In this document: positions 29,308-39,286 of the stretch, piece by piece
Layout: every line of letters begins with the position of its first letter
How positions within the stretch are numbered: position 1 is the stretch's first letter
Source of the DNA: a virus
Taxonomy: Duplodnaviria; Caudoviricetes
DNA length: 64,000 bases
Reading direction: 5' to 3' (one strand)
Virus record (IMG/VR): IMGVR_UViG_3300026442_000101
Position numbers and translations under genes: made by a program
The notes under the pieces: generated by a model
The model's input: the letters and a program-made list of their open reading frames with translations, nothing else
Database searches by the model: none
What the model was told of the DNA's origin: nothing

Positions 29308-29462
29308 GTCCACCTCGAAAAATAGACAAAAAAAATACGCCGCCATGACAGGCGACGACCGTGAGCACTGCTGAGGTGCCCACGGATTCGTCCTACAGTA
29401 TTAGTCAGAGGTTTATGGAAGGGTTGTCGACGTCCTAGCTGATGAGGCAGGACGTCTGGAGG

Positions 29463-31343
29463 TTACAACTGTGCCATTGCCAGAATGAACGCCTCTTTGC
29501 GGGCGGCAAACGGCAGCACTTCTACCAGACGGTTGTCAGACGTCGACAACAGCAGCCGGCCTTTCTGAGGAGCTGGCAAGACCTCGTCCAGGCGGCTGTA
29601 CAGTTTCCGGATCTCGAGGAACAGCGCGTTGTTCGCCGATGGCTCGATCACCAGACCTTCTTTGGATTCCAGCAGTTGCAGACCCAGGCCGATGTCGTCC
29701 AGGGTGTGGTCTACCGAAATGATTGCAGCGAAGTCGATGAAGACTGCTGCGTTGACGTTGGTTGCTTCGCCAATCAGGTCGCCAGCCAGCGCGGCCAGAT
29801 CTTCTTTGACGATGTGACAGCAGGCGATGTCGGAAACGAAGTGCATGCGCTTGGCGAATGCAGCTGCTTCTTCAGCGCCACGACGATCACGGAACGCCGC
29901 CAGCAACTTGCCGTAGCTGGTCGCGAAGTTCAGCTTGGCGATGTCGAACTGGAACTGGTAGGTGGAAGCACGAATGGTGTTGACCGAGAACCGGCGGTTC
30001 AGGTTTTCCCACAGCGGCTTCTCGAACTCCGGCTTGAGCTTCATCAACAGATCAGAAGCTTCGGTCAGAGTGGCCGCAGCATGCACCTGGTTGATCAGAT
30101 CCAGCTGGCTCTCGTCACGCAGCAGCACCGGCGTACGCAGGATGTGCAGGTCGATACGAGGCTGACCTTCGTCGCTTACCATCTTCACTTGGCTTTCGAA
30201 CACGGCGCCCTGGATGCTGTCGATGGTATCGGCTTTACCCAGGGTCATTTGTTCTTCAGGGATTTCGCGCAGGATCTCGGCCAGGCGCACAGTCTTGCTA
30301 CGTTGTTCGATACGGCTGTTGGTTACGCCGTCTTCACGGTTGGCCAGGCTGATACCTGCGGACAGGGTACGTGGCTTGGCATCGGGTTCACGGGTTTCTT
30401 CACGCAGGCTGTGGGCCATGTGGCGGTTGTCGTCGTTCACTTCTACGAGCTCCTCGCGGACTTCGCCGCGTTCATTCATGACGTAATACTTGATGTGGGT
30501 ATTGACGTCATAGACCGTTGGGATGGTGGAAAGGATGTCTTCGCCATTACCAGTCAGCTTCCACTTGGTAACGCTGGCAGCTTGGTAATGGTACTCGCCT
30601 ACCCAGTAATCGTCGTACGGGTTGGCTTTAGTGTAGTCAGGACCCTGGATGACAAAGCCTGGATCCTCACGGCGCGGGGCCTGTTCGGTGTGGTGATATT
30701 CAGGACGCTCTTCACGAGCTGTACGTTCTTCACGTTCAGGCTCGCGACGATCATCATCCTCACGACGATCGTCGTCATTGTGGCCGGTATCGGCTAACCA
30801 ATGAGCACTGTCGTCGGAACCGCGATCGCGGCCTCGCGATCCGCCAGACCGTCGATCATCTCGGCGACTATCACGAGAATCACGACGATCATCACGATCA
30901 CGACCGCGGCCACGATAGTCCCGATCATCATTCTCGCGTGAGCGTTCGCGGCGAGACCCTTCCACCATTTCTTGAGCATCGGCACGGGCGTCCTTCATCT
31001 CGTTGTAAATGGCGTCACTCAGATCCCGTGATACACGACTATCGCTAAGCACCAGCTCAGCGAAATGACCATCGACGACGATCTCAACCGTCTTGTCGAT
31101 GATATCGGCTTCACTATCACCGCGATCGCCGTACTTACGATCAACACGATCGTAGGCTCCGACGATGCCATCTACCAGTTCATTGAAGTTTCGGTTTTCC
31201 CAACGACGATCGCTGAGTTGGTCTGCGTAGCTACGACGCAGATCCAACATCAAGTCGTCGCGGATATCCCGGGATTTCGCCTGTGCGTTGATGTAGCGAA
31301 TCGCTGCATCAGCACAATCGTCCCAGAAACGATCTCCACTCAT
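29463..31343 (-). CDS. Conserved jumbo-phage protein with long R/D-rich low-complexity segment
   Basis: 626 aa directly downstream of nvRNAP beta-N; residues about 130-215 are RD/RS/RG-rich. Confidence 0.65.
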   Translation of the reverse strand: MSGDRFWDDCADAAIRYINAQAKSRDIRDDLMLDLRRSYADQLSDRRWENRNFNELVDGIVGAYDRVDRKYGDRGDSEADIIDKTVEIVVDGHFAELVLSDSRVSRDLSDAIYNEMKDARADAQEMVEGSRRERSRENDDRDYRGRGRDRDDRRDSRDSRRDDRRSGGSRGRDRGSDDSAHWLADTGHNDDDRREDDDRREPEREERTAREERPEYHHTEQAPRREDPGFVIQGPDYTKANPYDDYWVGEYHYQAASVTKWKLTGNGEDILSTIPTVYDVNTHIKYYVMNERGEVREELVEVNDDNRHMAHSLREETREPDAKPRTLSAGISLANREDGVTNSRIEQRSKTVRLAEILREIPEEQMTLGKADTIDSIQGAVFESQVKMVSDEGQPRIDLHILRTPVLLRDESQLDLINQVHAAATLTEASDLLMKLKPEFEKPLWENLNRRFSVNTIRASTYQFQFDIAKLNFATSYGKLLAAFRDRRGAEEAAAFAKRMHFVSDIACCHIVKEDLAALAGDLIGEATNVNAAVFIDFAAIISVDHTLDDIGLGLQLLESKEGLVIEPSANNALFLEIRKLYSRLDEVLPAPQKGRLLLSTSDNRLVEVLPFAARKEAFILAMAQL

Positions 31344-31375
31344 TTAATACACACTCCTGTATTGCGCGGGATTTG

Positions 31376-33082
31376 TTAATTACGGCGAACAGCATCATCG
31401 ATGTGATCGATGACCGGCCTCATGTGTTCTTTGCGACAGATGGTATTCTTTCCGTCGAGCAACGTCGTCGGGTTGATCGTTGCACAAGCCAACGGATAGT
31501 TCTTCGGCAAGATGCCGTAGTTACCACATTCAGCACGAGATGCATGCATTCGCGACAGAGGATCGTTCACGTTGATGTTGGTCGGCTTCTTACCCCCAGA
31601 GGTTTGAGCCTGCATCACCAGACGGGAAGTGATCTTGAAGAACATGTTGTCTCCGGGCGTAGAGACAGACGACATGAAGGCCTTCTGACTGGTCTTCCTG
31701 AGGTTGAAGATGATGGTTGGCATGAACCACTTACCCAGGATCTTGTTGTAATCCTCGGCGGTGTGCTTACGTTTCTTGTTGTTCGTGATTTCAAACAGGC
31801 AGCGGAAAATCTGCTCGGTGATATCACGCAAGACGTACTGGGAAGTTACAAGCCGTTTCCCGTACATGCTACCGATGTCTTCTTCCTTATCCCGGATCAG
31901 CCCTTCGATGTTTTGCAGGATGTAGTTGAACAGCTCGTAGATGGTGTCGATCTTAAGATCTTCCTCCTCGAGCAACATCCGGCGTACTTCGATATCGACG
32001 TAATAGTCGAGGCTGGTCAAGTGGGACTCAACGTTCTCCACCAGTTTACCGGTACCGAGCTGGTCACCGAAGAGCACATAACCCATCCAGATCTTCCAAC
32101 GCTCATCTCCCATCAACTCGTCGATATCCGTTACCTCAGGGAACAGATCGACAGTGTAGAAGAACGCACGAGCGTAGGACATCGTCAGAGGGTTGGTGCG
32201 ATCTTTAGGGATCAACATCGCCATCGGAGATTTGATGGTGCTATACAGCACTTTCTGCTTGAGGGCAGACGGCCTGACATGAGACGAGGTAACGACCGTG
32301 AACTTGTCAAGATCGTAACCCTGCTCCTGTACCTGCCTGATGATCTCCGCCTGAATTTTGTCAGGTTCACGAAGCTCATCAGGAACGAAGACCTTGGTGA
32401 GCTGCACCTCGGTTCGAGCAAACCGGCGGAACGTTTCAGCCATTCCGTACCGACAGAACAGATAGTGAGGCAAAGTACTAACTGCCTTACCAAGCGATAA
32501 TGTATCACTCTGCCCAGTTCGGTTATTAGCGCCGCCGCTATTGTGCAACCAAGACCACGCCACGTAATCCGAAACATCCTCCCCATTGACTCGGATCGTG
32601 TGGATGATTTGTTTGAATGTTACCGGAGCGCGGGACATCCGGATGAACACGTAATCAGGCCCAATACTCAGACCTGGATCCATCAACACTGTACCAATCC
32701 CGAACTGCTTACCTGCGATCATCGTCAGGGAACCCCGACGGGCATAAGGCAGGAAGAAGTACCGTGGGATGAGCTTGGTCTCATCACACAGGAATTGGTA
32801 TTTGACCAGGTACACGTCGGTCGTGGCCAGATCGATAGACGGCTGACCACGATCCGAACGGGACATCGAGGATGCCATTACAGCGATCGCTTCTTGCGGA
32901 CTACAGATTTCCGAATGCGAGAACGAGAAGTTATCCGGGAATCCCGGCTCCGCGCACGCAATGTACTGATCGATTTCCTCCTTAGCTCTCCGGAGGTCCT
33001 TGAATGCCAGACCGTCCAGGATATCCTGGTTGAAGACTGGCATGTCCTCCTGGCACTCATCGAACAATTGATAGTCAGGCAT
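31376..33082 (-). CDS. Non-virion RNA polymerase beta subunit, N-terminal part (phiKZ gp123-like)
   Basis: 568 aa; C-terminal SRMHASRAECG resembles the beta R.VH.SH.GR.CP region; synteny two genes from the capsid gene as in phiKZ. Confidence 0.8.
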   Translation of the reverse strand: MPDYQLFDECQEDMPVFNQDILDGLAFKDLRRAKEEIDQYIACAEPGFPDNFSFSHSEICSPQEAIAVMASSMSRSDRGQPSIDLATTDVYLVKYQFLCDETKLIPRYFFLPYARRGSLTMIAGKQFGIGTVLMDPGLSIGPDYVFIRMSRAPVTFKQIIHTIRVNGEDVSDYVAWSWLHNSGGANNRTGQSDTLSLGKAVSTLPHYLFCRYGMAETFRRFARTEVQLTKVFVPDELREPDKIQAEIIRQVQEQGYDLDKFTVVTSSHVRPSALKQKVLYSTIKSPMAMLIPKDRTNPLTMSYARAFFYTVDLFPEVTDIDELMGDERWKIWMGYVLFGDQLGTGKLVENVESHLTSLDYYVDIEVRRMLLEEEDLKIDTIYELFNYILQNIEGLIRDKEEDIGSMYGKRLVTSQYVLRDITEQIFRCLFEITNNKKRKHTAEDYNKILGKWFMPTIIFNLRKTSQKAFMSSVSTPGDNMFFKITSRLVMQAQTSGGKKPTNINVNDPLSRMHASRAECGNYGILPKNYPLACATINPTTLLDGKNTICRKEHMRPVIDHIDDAVRRN

Positions 33083-33101
33083 CCCCTACACCTATATCTG
33101 T

Positions 33102-34196
33102 CTAAGCTGGCTTTAGTTTTAGCAACGTCGTAGCGAAAGCGAAGATCGACGAAACGATACCCGTCGTCAGCTTTATCCAATCGCCGAAGTTGCGAGTACT
33201 CTCCTTTACATCTTCTTCGTTTGCGCGATAGCGCTGCCGCTCTTCCCTTTCACGACTTTGTTGTTGCTCGTACTGCATTTTCTCACGCCAATTCTCATGC
33301 TCCCAATCGGCGCGCTCTTTGGTACGTTCATAAGCTTTGCTGGTGAGTTCTTCTTTACGCATTTCTGCCTGACTAACCCCAGCTCTTGCCTGCTCGATTG
33401 TCTCAAACAAACAATACTTCTTATCTGCCTCTTCGAAGGACAGATGCTCATGTTCGATCGAATGACCAAATCCACCCATGTTCTTAACGACGGCTGTCCG
33501 CCTTCGTGTGACATGGATCCCGTCTAACATGTCCGGATCACGTTCGATAGGAATGTGATAAACCTCACTACCCACCATCATGAACCGATCGTGCCTGTTG
33601 CGCAGCTGCCCGTTGTCGATTGCGCGAATGGACATAACGAAAGTCTCATTCCCCAACGCTGGCAACTCTTGCGCCAAGCTAGCCTTTGCACGGCTGTTCT
33701 TACTAAATGGATGTTCCGCGAATTTCTGCTGCTCCCCAGCAAAGCAGATCGTCACATCCAGATCCTCAACATAAACAGAACCACCAGCTGCCAGAATATC
33801 CGACATATGGAATTCCATCTGCAACGTCAGGGAATAGACCAGACCTTGGAAAGGACTGGAATCTTTCGCCCGATAGAATGCGTTGATGATCGCTTGCGTT
33901 GTCTCGTCCGGAACCGTGTGTCGATCCTGAAGGTCGATGTAGGTAGCCATGAAGGCTTCCTCAGTCATCCTCCAGACGATGAACACATCCACGTACTCGA
34001 GCCTGCGATTCTTCAGATCCGGCTTCAGGATGGAGTTAACGCCAAGCCTAGACTTGATGCGAACTTCGCGAGACGTATTGTTCACCCAGCGGTACGTAAC
34101 CTCTGAATGTTCAAGACCTGCCTCGACTCCTTCCTGGTGAGTACAGCGAACTTGGTAGTTCCTAAACACTGGTGTTCGAAGACCACCACTATTCAT
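33102..34196 (-). CDS. Conserved hypothetical protein with C-terminal coiled coil and hydrophobic tail
   Basis: 364 aa; own upstream promoter motif at 34265. Confidence 0.65.
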   Translation of the reverse strand: MNSGGLRTPVFRNYQVRCTHQEGVEAGLEHSEVTYRWVNNTSREVRIKSRLGVNSILKPDLKNRRLEYVDVFIVWRMTEEAFMATYIDLQDRHTVPDETTQAIINAFYRAKDSSPFQGLVYSLTLQMEFHMSDILAAGGSVYVEDLDVTICFAGEQQKFAEHPFSKNSRAKASLAQELPALGNETFVMSIRAIDNGQLRNRHDRFMMVGSEVYHIPIERDPDMLDGIHVTRRRTAVVKNMGGFGHSIEHEHLSFEEADKKYCLFETIEQARAGVSQAEMRKEELTSKAYERTKERADWEHENWREKMQYEQQQSREREERQRYRANEEDVKESTRNFGDWIKLTTGIVSSIFAFATTLLKLKPA

Positions 34197-34264
34197 AACG
34201 ATAAATCCCCTGAGTTAAAAATTACAACGCTCCATTCTTGCTTTACCCTGCCTCATCATCTTGA

Positions 34265-34282
34265 TAATGTATCACTGTAATC
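34265..34282 (-). promoter_or_regulatory. Phage promoter motif copy 2 (GATTACAGTGATACATTA)
   Basis: Shares taatgtatcactg with 18445; about 70 nt upstream of 34196. Confidence 0.6.
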
Positions 34283-34297
34283 GCTTTATCCATAAAA

Positions 34298-34356
34298 CAG
34301 CATAATGCAGCATAAAGAGCGGTGGTTTCCCACCGCTCTTTATTAAACGCCTATGC
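34298..34356 (-). terminator. Major capsid gene terminator
   Basis: taaagagcggtgg-tttc-ccaccgctcttta with tandem cagcata flanks. Confidence 0.8.
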
Positions 34357-34365
34357 CCTTACGGG

Positions 34366-36618
34366 TTAAGGAGTTACGGTGCCGCCGCCGGAGTCGTCGC
34401 CGCCACCGGTCCCACCAGTACCACCGGTACCGCCAGTGCCTGCGTCGGTGCCACCGTCGCCAGCTTCAGCTTCGGTGAGTTTGACACGAAAAGGCAGGGT
34501 CTGCTCCAGGAGCTCAGCAACGCCTTCCACGTTCACCTTGACGATGATCGGGCAGAAGTTGTAGTGCTGGAAGCGCGGCTGCACTACAGCCTCGTTCACT
34601 GGACGGCCATCACGGGTAACCGAGATGGTGGAGACCAGGGTCGGAGTCAGCAGCATTGCGCCGGAGCTCAGAGCGTCGATGCCTTCGCCATCGCGAACGA
34701 TGACCATGTACATGACGTCGCGCAGACGGGCGTCCACGTCCGATTCCAGCTGGTACTTCAGACCAGCACCCAGGGTGCGGCTGTCGCCCGAGATGGTCAT
34801 GAAGCGCTCGATCTGCTTCGAGGTCACCAGACCGAAGCGGAACGGTTGAGCAACTTCACCGCCGTCCATGTAGCGGCAGGCGTTCTCGTAGTTGGTCTTC
34901 TGCAGGATGTCGAAGGCCACCGAACGCAGGGTGTTGACCAGGACCGCAACGCCGTTCTCGACGTTGGCGACGGTTTCCTGCGACTGGGCAGTTTCCATCA
35001 GGTCGACGGTCAGTTCCTGAACGTACGGGTTGACGAGGTAACGGCCGATACCTTCGATAGGCAGGGCGTTGATCTCGAAGTCGCCAGCGGTCATCTCGCC
35101 GCGCAGGCCACCGGTCAGACGCATCAGACGCTCGTGGTAACCGATCAGGGTACCCACAGCTTCGTTGTTGATGTAGCTGGAGACCGCGAAGGTCAGCCAG
35201 TCCATCACGGTCTGGTCACGGTTTTCGCTCAGTGGGTACGGAACGAAGAACGGCGAACGCTGACGGGTCAGCAGACGCTCGGTCACGTTACGGACGTTGA
35301 GCATCAGGCCCAGGTGACGGTGGTTGGTGTTGGTCAGACGAGCGTCCGGCCACCAGCCGACTACCTTCAGTTGTGCCAGGCCATCAACGATGGTCTTGCC
35401 GACGCCGGTGCCCAGCGGGATGCGCTCGCCAGCTTCGTTCTCGATGTACATCACTTCCATGGAAGTGGTGGACACGTCGATGGTGCCGCGCTCAACATCG
35501 CTGTTGCCGTTCAGACGGGTCTTCAGACGGACGCTGTAGCCACCATCTTTGATGGTGGTGAACACCGCACCAGTCAGAGCTTCGCCCTTGTAGTTGGTGG
35601 TGTTCTTGTCGATCTTCAGGGTGGTCAGAACGAAGTTCAGCGACAGTTGACGGCCGCCTTGTTCTGGCAGCTTCACGAAGCGGCTGAATGGCAGACCCTT
35701 GGTGTCGAACACGATGGTGTCGGCGCCCAGGCCCAGGTACACGTCGGCAACGCCGATGTTACGGTCCAGTGCTTCGGTGTAGTCGGCTTGACCAACGCGG
35801 CTGATCGAGTCGGACTGACCCAGGCCGAAGATGTTGACGGTCTTGTTGACCAGCAGAGCCGAGGTCTTGACGGTACGACGACCGGAGATGTAGTCGAACG
35901 GCTCGACAACGGATTCGGCGACGAAGTTGTCTTTCGACACGTCGGCGTAGCCCGGGATCAGCTGGGTGCTGTTGTCGTGCAGTACGGTGTAGTCGATCGC
36001 CGAGTCCATGACGCGGCGCAGGCCGAAGTCGGATTCGGAACCATCCAGCTCGTGGCGCAGGGTGTTCTGCACGTAGAGGTTCGGGATGGTGATGTCGATA
36101 CCGCCTTGCTCAGGAGTCAGTGGAACGGTGCGGTACACCATTTCCATGGCCGGGCCCTGGCGCGCGATCTTGTAGTTCAGACCGATGGAGATCGGCAGGT
36201 GATCGATCAGCGACTGGTTGTCGAAGGATTCCTTCGAGTATTCGCTGTCGAATTCCATGCCGTCGGCGTGAGCGTAACGCACACCAGCGCCCAGCTGCTT
36301 GCTTTCGGTCGAGATCTGCAGGTTCAGCAGGTCGGAAGGACGCTGGGCGAACGAGGCGATGAACGAGGCTGCTGCCATACCGGCCGGGTTCTTGTAACCG
36401 GCTTCGGTGTTGCCTGGCTCGAGGACGCTTTTCAGGTTCTCGGCAACGCTCGACAGATCGACGCGGCTTTCGAAGGAACCTTCTTGCAGCCACTTGATGG
36501 CGTCAGCGCTCTCGGTGGAATAACCACCGGAGTGAATGTTTTCCTGGATCTGGGTAGCCAGCACGCCAGAGCCGGCGCCGAAGTTGCCGCCGGGCTTGTT
36601 GAGTTTGATGACACTCAT
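34366..36618 (-). CDS. Major capsid protein (phiKZ gp120-like)
   Basis: 750 aa, extreme codon bias, N-terminal propeptide with STES/SFES/SKES sites, VQPRFQHYNFCPII C-terminal motif, next to DnaB. Confidence 0.9.
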   Translation of the reverse strand: MSVIKLNKPGGNFGAGSGVLATQIQENIHSGGYSTESADAIKWLQEGSFESRVDLSSVAENLKSVLEPGNTEAGYKNPAGMAAASFIASFAQRPSDLLNLQISTESKQLGAGVRYAHADGMEFDSEYSKESFDNQSLIDHLPISIGLNYKIARQGPAMEMVYRTVPLTPEQGGIDITIPNLYVQNTLRHELDGSESDFGLRRVMDSAIDYTVLHDNSTQLIPGYADVSKDNFVAESVVEPFDYISGRRTVKTSALLVNKTVNIFGLGQSDSISRVGQADYTEALDRNIGVADVYLGLGADTIVFDTKGLPFSRFVKLPEQGGRQLSLNFVLTTLKIDKNTTNYKGEALTGAVFTTIKDGGYSVRLKTRLNGNSDVERGTIDVSTTSMEVMYIENEAGERIPLGTGVGKTIVDGLAQLKVVGWWPDARLTNTNHRHLGLMLNVRNVTERLLTRQRSPFFVPYPLSENRDQTVMDWLTFAVSSYINNEAVGTLIGYHERLMRLTGGLRGEMTAGDFEINALPIEGIGRYLVNPYVQELTVDLMETAQSQETVANVENGVAVLVNTLRSVAFDILQKTNYENACRYMDGGEVAQPFRFGLVTSKQIERFMTISGDSRTLGAGLKYQLESDVDARLRDVMYMVIVRDGEGIDALSSGAMLLTPTLVSTISVTRDGRPVNEAVVQPRFQHYNFCPIIVKVNVEGVAELLEQTLPFRVKLTEAEAGDGGTDAGTGGTGGTGGTGGGDDSGGGTVTP

Positions 36619-36812
36619 CGTGATACTCCAAATAGCTATTTGGTATAATTGAGAGATCGAAGCTTCGTTTTCGGGACTGACGCCTGTCTCCTAGTAGTCG
36701 ACTACCAAAAGCAATCCCTCGTCCTGCTGGCGTATTCTTGAATTCTGTCGATCGCCATACGGCGTAATCTACATATCACCGTGATAACACACGGATTTTC
36801 CATAACATGTAT

Positions 36813-37340
36813 TTACGGTTTGGCGCTGTCGTTCTCGAGCTCTTTACTGGTGGTCATCACCTGGCTCTTGCTAGCCCCGGAGTTTTTATTTACCGAGGAT
36901 AGGAATTTATTGAACGACTTCGACGCGTAAGCCACTTCACGACCGCGATAGGTTGCCATCGCAGTGAGCAGCTCACGAATGAGATCTTTCTTGTCCGAGC
37001 CATCCTTTTCAATGAGCAGGATGCCATCATAACTATCTGGAACGATCACAAAGTGACCGAGCTCGAACTGCGGTACGGTAGCATCCTTCTGGTCGGAGCC
37101 GTAGAGCGCAAACACTGCATCGTCGGCGCTGAACTGGCCGACCTTGTCCGCTGCTGGGAATACGAAATCATCGATACCCAGAGCTTTGAAGCGAGAACGC
37201 AGCAGATGGTTGGCGACATAGTAGAGTCCGATGTCATGCGGCGATACTATGCTCTCGAAATCTTTTACGTTAGTCCCGTAATGTTCGATAGAGCCGCTCA
37301 GCCATTTTGGAATGAACCGAAGCTCGATTGGTTTGTTCAT
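36813..37340 (-). CDS. Virion/head-associated protein (phiKZ gp119-like position)
   Basis: About 175 aa between DnaB and capsid genes. Confidence 0.55.
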   Translation of the reverse strand: MNKPIELRFIPKWLSGSIEHYGTNVKDFESIVSPHDIGLYYVANHLLRSRFKALGIDDFVFPAADKVGQFSADDAVFALYGSDQKDATVPQFELGHFVIVPDSYDGILLIEKDGSDKKDLIRELLTAMATYRGREVAYASKSFNKFLSSVNKNSGASKSQVMTTSKELENDSAKP

Positions 37341-37379
37341 CACACACCCATTAACTTTCAATGCCTGCGGTGAGGCGGT

Positions 37380-38921
37380 ATGGAAATCAAGCTACTGTTA
37401 GCCAAGGCCATCAGCGCCATCTATTACGCAAGTCACTCCGGAGGTCAAGATCCGGAAGCTACCTCGAACCTGATCGAACGCACTCTGGAACACCTAAGCC
37501 TTCCAGACGATCCGCTGAACTCGAACCGCGAGCACTCAGCGCTGATGCGTACACGCCAGATCTTGGTCTGGATGAAAGGTAAAGGTATCGACCACGCCTA
37601 CGATCAAAACGACCTCATGGCGAGGCTTTGTGCGTCCTGTGGGGACAATGATCGTCTATATGATCTCTTCTGCAAGAGTATCCTGGTAGTTGACGATCCG
37701 GATGCGGCAAAAGACAAGTACGATTCGATCGCACATGAACTGTACGATTTCATTGCAGTAGAAGACTTCGTCAAGCTGGCCAGGGCTGCATCCCACAAGA
37801 TCGCATTCAACCGCGACAAGATCACTGACGTAGCTCGTTTCCGCGACGAGCTGGTGCTCAAGTTGCAGGACCTGCCGCTGGCCGGTAAACGTCGCGCTGC
37901 ATCCGCTGGTCGCTGCATTGACATTGGTGATATCGAAAGCTTGACCCAAGTCTACCAGCTCGCTCAAAGCGCGATCGATCCAGATGCCATCCTCAAGCTG
38001 CCGTTCAAAGCAGCTAACCGCATGACGGGTGAGCAGGACGGCGTGCGTCGTGGTGAATGGGGTAACGTGTCGGCTCTGTCGGGTATGAACAAGTCAGGTA
38101 CACTGCTTGATGAGTTCATCTCGTTCTGTATCTTCAACACACCGAAGCTGATTGACGAAACCAAGAAGCCTTGCCATGTGTTGGCGATTCTGGAAGACAA
38201 GCCCGAACTCGTACTCCAGAAGCTCTACGTTCTGCTCATGCAGCACGAAACAGGTCTGCCTGTGATCATCCGAGGGGTAGACCCGAAAGAGATCGCACAG
38301 TACGTCATGGAGCGTCTGCAGCGCAATGGCTGGCATGTCAAGATCTTTGACTATACAGAAGGCGCTGAGGTAGACGACTGTATCGAAGACCTGCGTCAGC
38401 TGCAACGTGATGGCTACGAGATCTTCACATTCGGTTGCGACTACCCGAACCTGTTCGATAAGAGCAGCATCGTGGTGCAGGTAGCCGGTGAAGAGATCCA
38501 GCTCTGCCACCGTAAGCTGCGTAAGTTCACTGCGCCGAACAACATCTACGGTTACGCAGTGCACCAGTTGTCCACGCAAGCTAAGGAGATGTCCCGTCAG
38601 TATCCTGAAGACTACATCAAGAAGCTGCCTGGTAAGGGTTACTACGAAGGCTGTAAGAAGCTCGACACTGAGTTCGACTTCGAGCGGTTTGTAGCCAAGA
38701 CCATGCATGGTGGTCAAGCGTGGCAAGAAGTGCAGTGGGGCAAGCACCGTAAGATCGGTACGACTCCTGAGCAGGATAAGTACTACGCACTGAAGTTCCT
38801 CCCGTATCCAATGATGGGCTTCAAGTACGACTTCGATCTCGAAGAAGATCTGTCCTTCCGTAAAGTCGGCGGGCGTCTTGCAGCAGGAGCTGCCGGTCAC
38901 GAGTGGACCGATTTCGACTGA
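37380..38921 (+). CDS. dnaB: DnaB-like replicative helicase (phiKZ gp118-like)
   Basis: 513 aa; ALSGMNKSG P-loop, DYPNLF, HQLS motifs. Confidence 0.85.
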   Translation: MEIKLLLAKAISAIYYASHSGGQDPEATSNLIERTLEHLSLPDDPLNSNREHSALMRTRQILVWMKGKGIDHAYDQNDLMARLCASCGDNDRLYDLFCKSILVVDDPDAAKDKYDSIAHELYDFIAVEDFVKLARAASHKIAFNRDKITDVARFRDELVLKLQDLPLAGKRRAASAGRCIDIGDIESLTQVYQLAQSAIDPDAILKLPFKAANRMTGEQDGVRRGEWGNVSALSGMNKSGTLLDEFISFCIFNTPKLIDETKKPCHVLAILEDKPELVLQKLYVLLMQHETGLPVIIRGVDPKEIAQYVMERLQRNGWHVKIFDYTEGAEVDDCIEDLRQLQRDGYEIFTFGCDYPNLFDKSSIVVQVAGEEIQLCHRKLRKFTAPNNIYGYAVHQLSTQAKEMSRQYPEDYIKKLPGKGYYEGCKKLDTEFDFERFVAKTMHGGQAWQEVQWGKHRKIGTTPEQDKYYALKFLPYPMMGFKYDFDLEEDLSFRKVGGRLAAGAAGHEWTDFD

Positions 38922-38926
38922 TCGAA

Positions 38927-38978
38927 ACAAAAAAAAAGAAAGCGAGGGAGCCGGGGCACGAAGCCCCGGTCCTTATGC
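38927..38978 (-). terminator. Bidirectional terminator with CTTTCTTTTTTTTT tail
   Basis: gga-gccggggc-acgaa-gccccggtcc-ttatgc. Confidence 0.8.
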
Positions 38979-38980
38979 TG

Positions 38981-39286
38981 CTATTGCTTAGAAGCAGATT
39001 TCATCAGATTCAAGAACCCAGCCAACTTCACCGCGCGTTCCCGCCCGGCTTGGTCTAACAGCTTGAGGATGTATTCTTGAGTATCGATTGTCATCTTCTT
39101 CAACGCCAGTGCATTGTAGAGGAACAGACCGATTGGCTCGGTGAGGTAGGACTCGTCGTTCTCCTCAGCTGCCCACTGCGCCAGCCTGGCGCGCTTCTCG
39201 TACTCAAGCTTCCACTCGGCGCTGATCTCAAGCAACTTATTGGCGATCTCGAAAGCGCCATCGTCATCCCTGATCTCAAGTTTCAT
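38981..39286 (-). CDS. Hypothetical protein
   Basis: 101 aa; ATGA overlap with upstream gene. Confidence 0.6.
   Translation of the reverse strand: MKLEIRDDDGAFEIANKLLEISAEWKLEYEKRARLAQWAAEENDESYLTEPIGLFLYNALALKKMTIDTQEYILKLLDQAGRERAVKLAGFLNLMKSASKQ

Noticed and set aside
29430-29457. Hairpin gacgtcct-agCTGATGAGgc-aggacgtc containing a hammerhead-like CUGAUGA
   Set aside because: There is no stem II followed by GAAA and no cleavage-site arm. With the second hairpin at about 29365-29393 it is better explained as a terminator or processing site.
34564-36648. 694-aa plus-strand ORF and other long antisense ORFs (e.g. 29442..30797, 18652..19800, 61076..62467, 9560..10723)
   Set aside because: They are shadows of strongly codon-biased genes on the other strand, with no RBS and unnatural composition.
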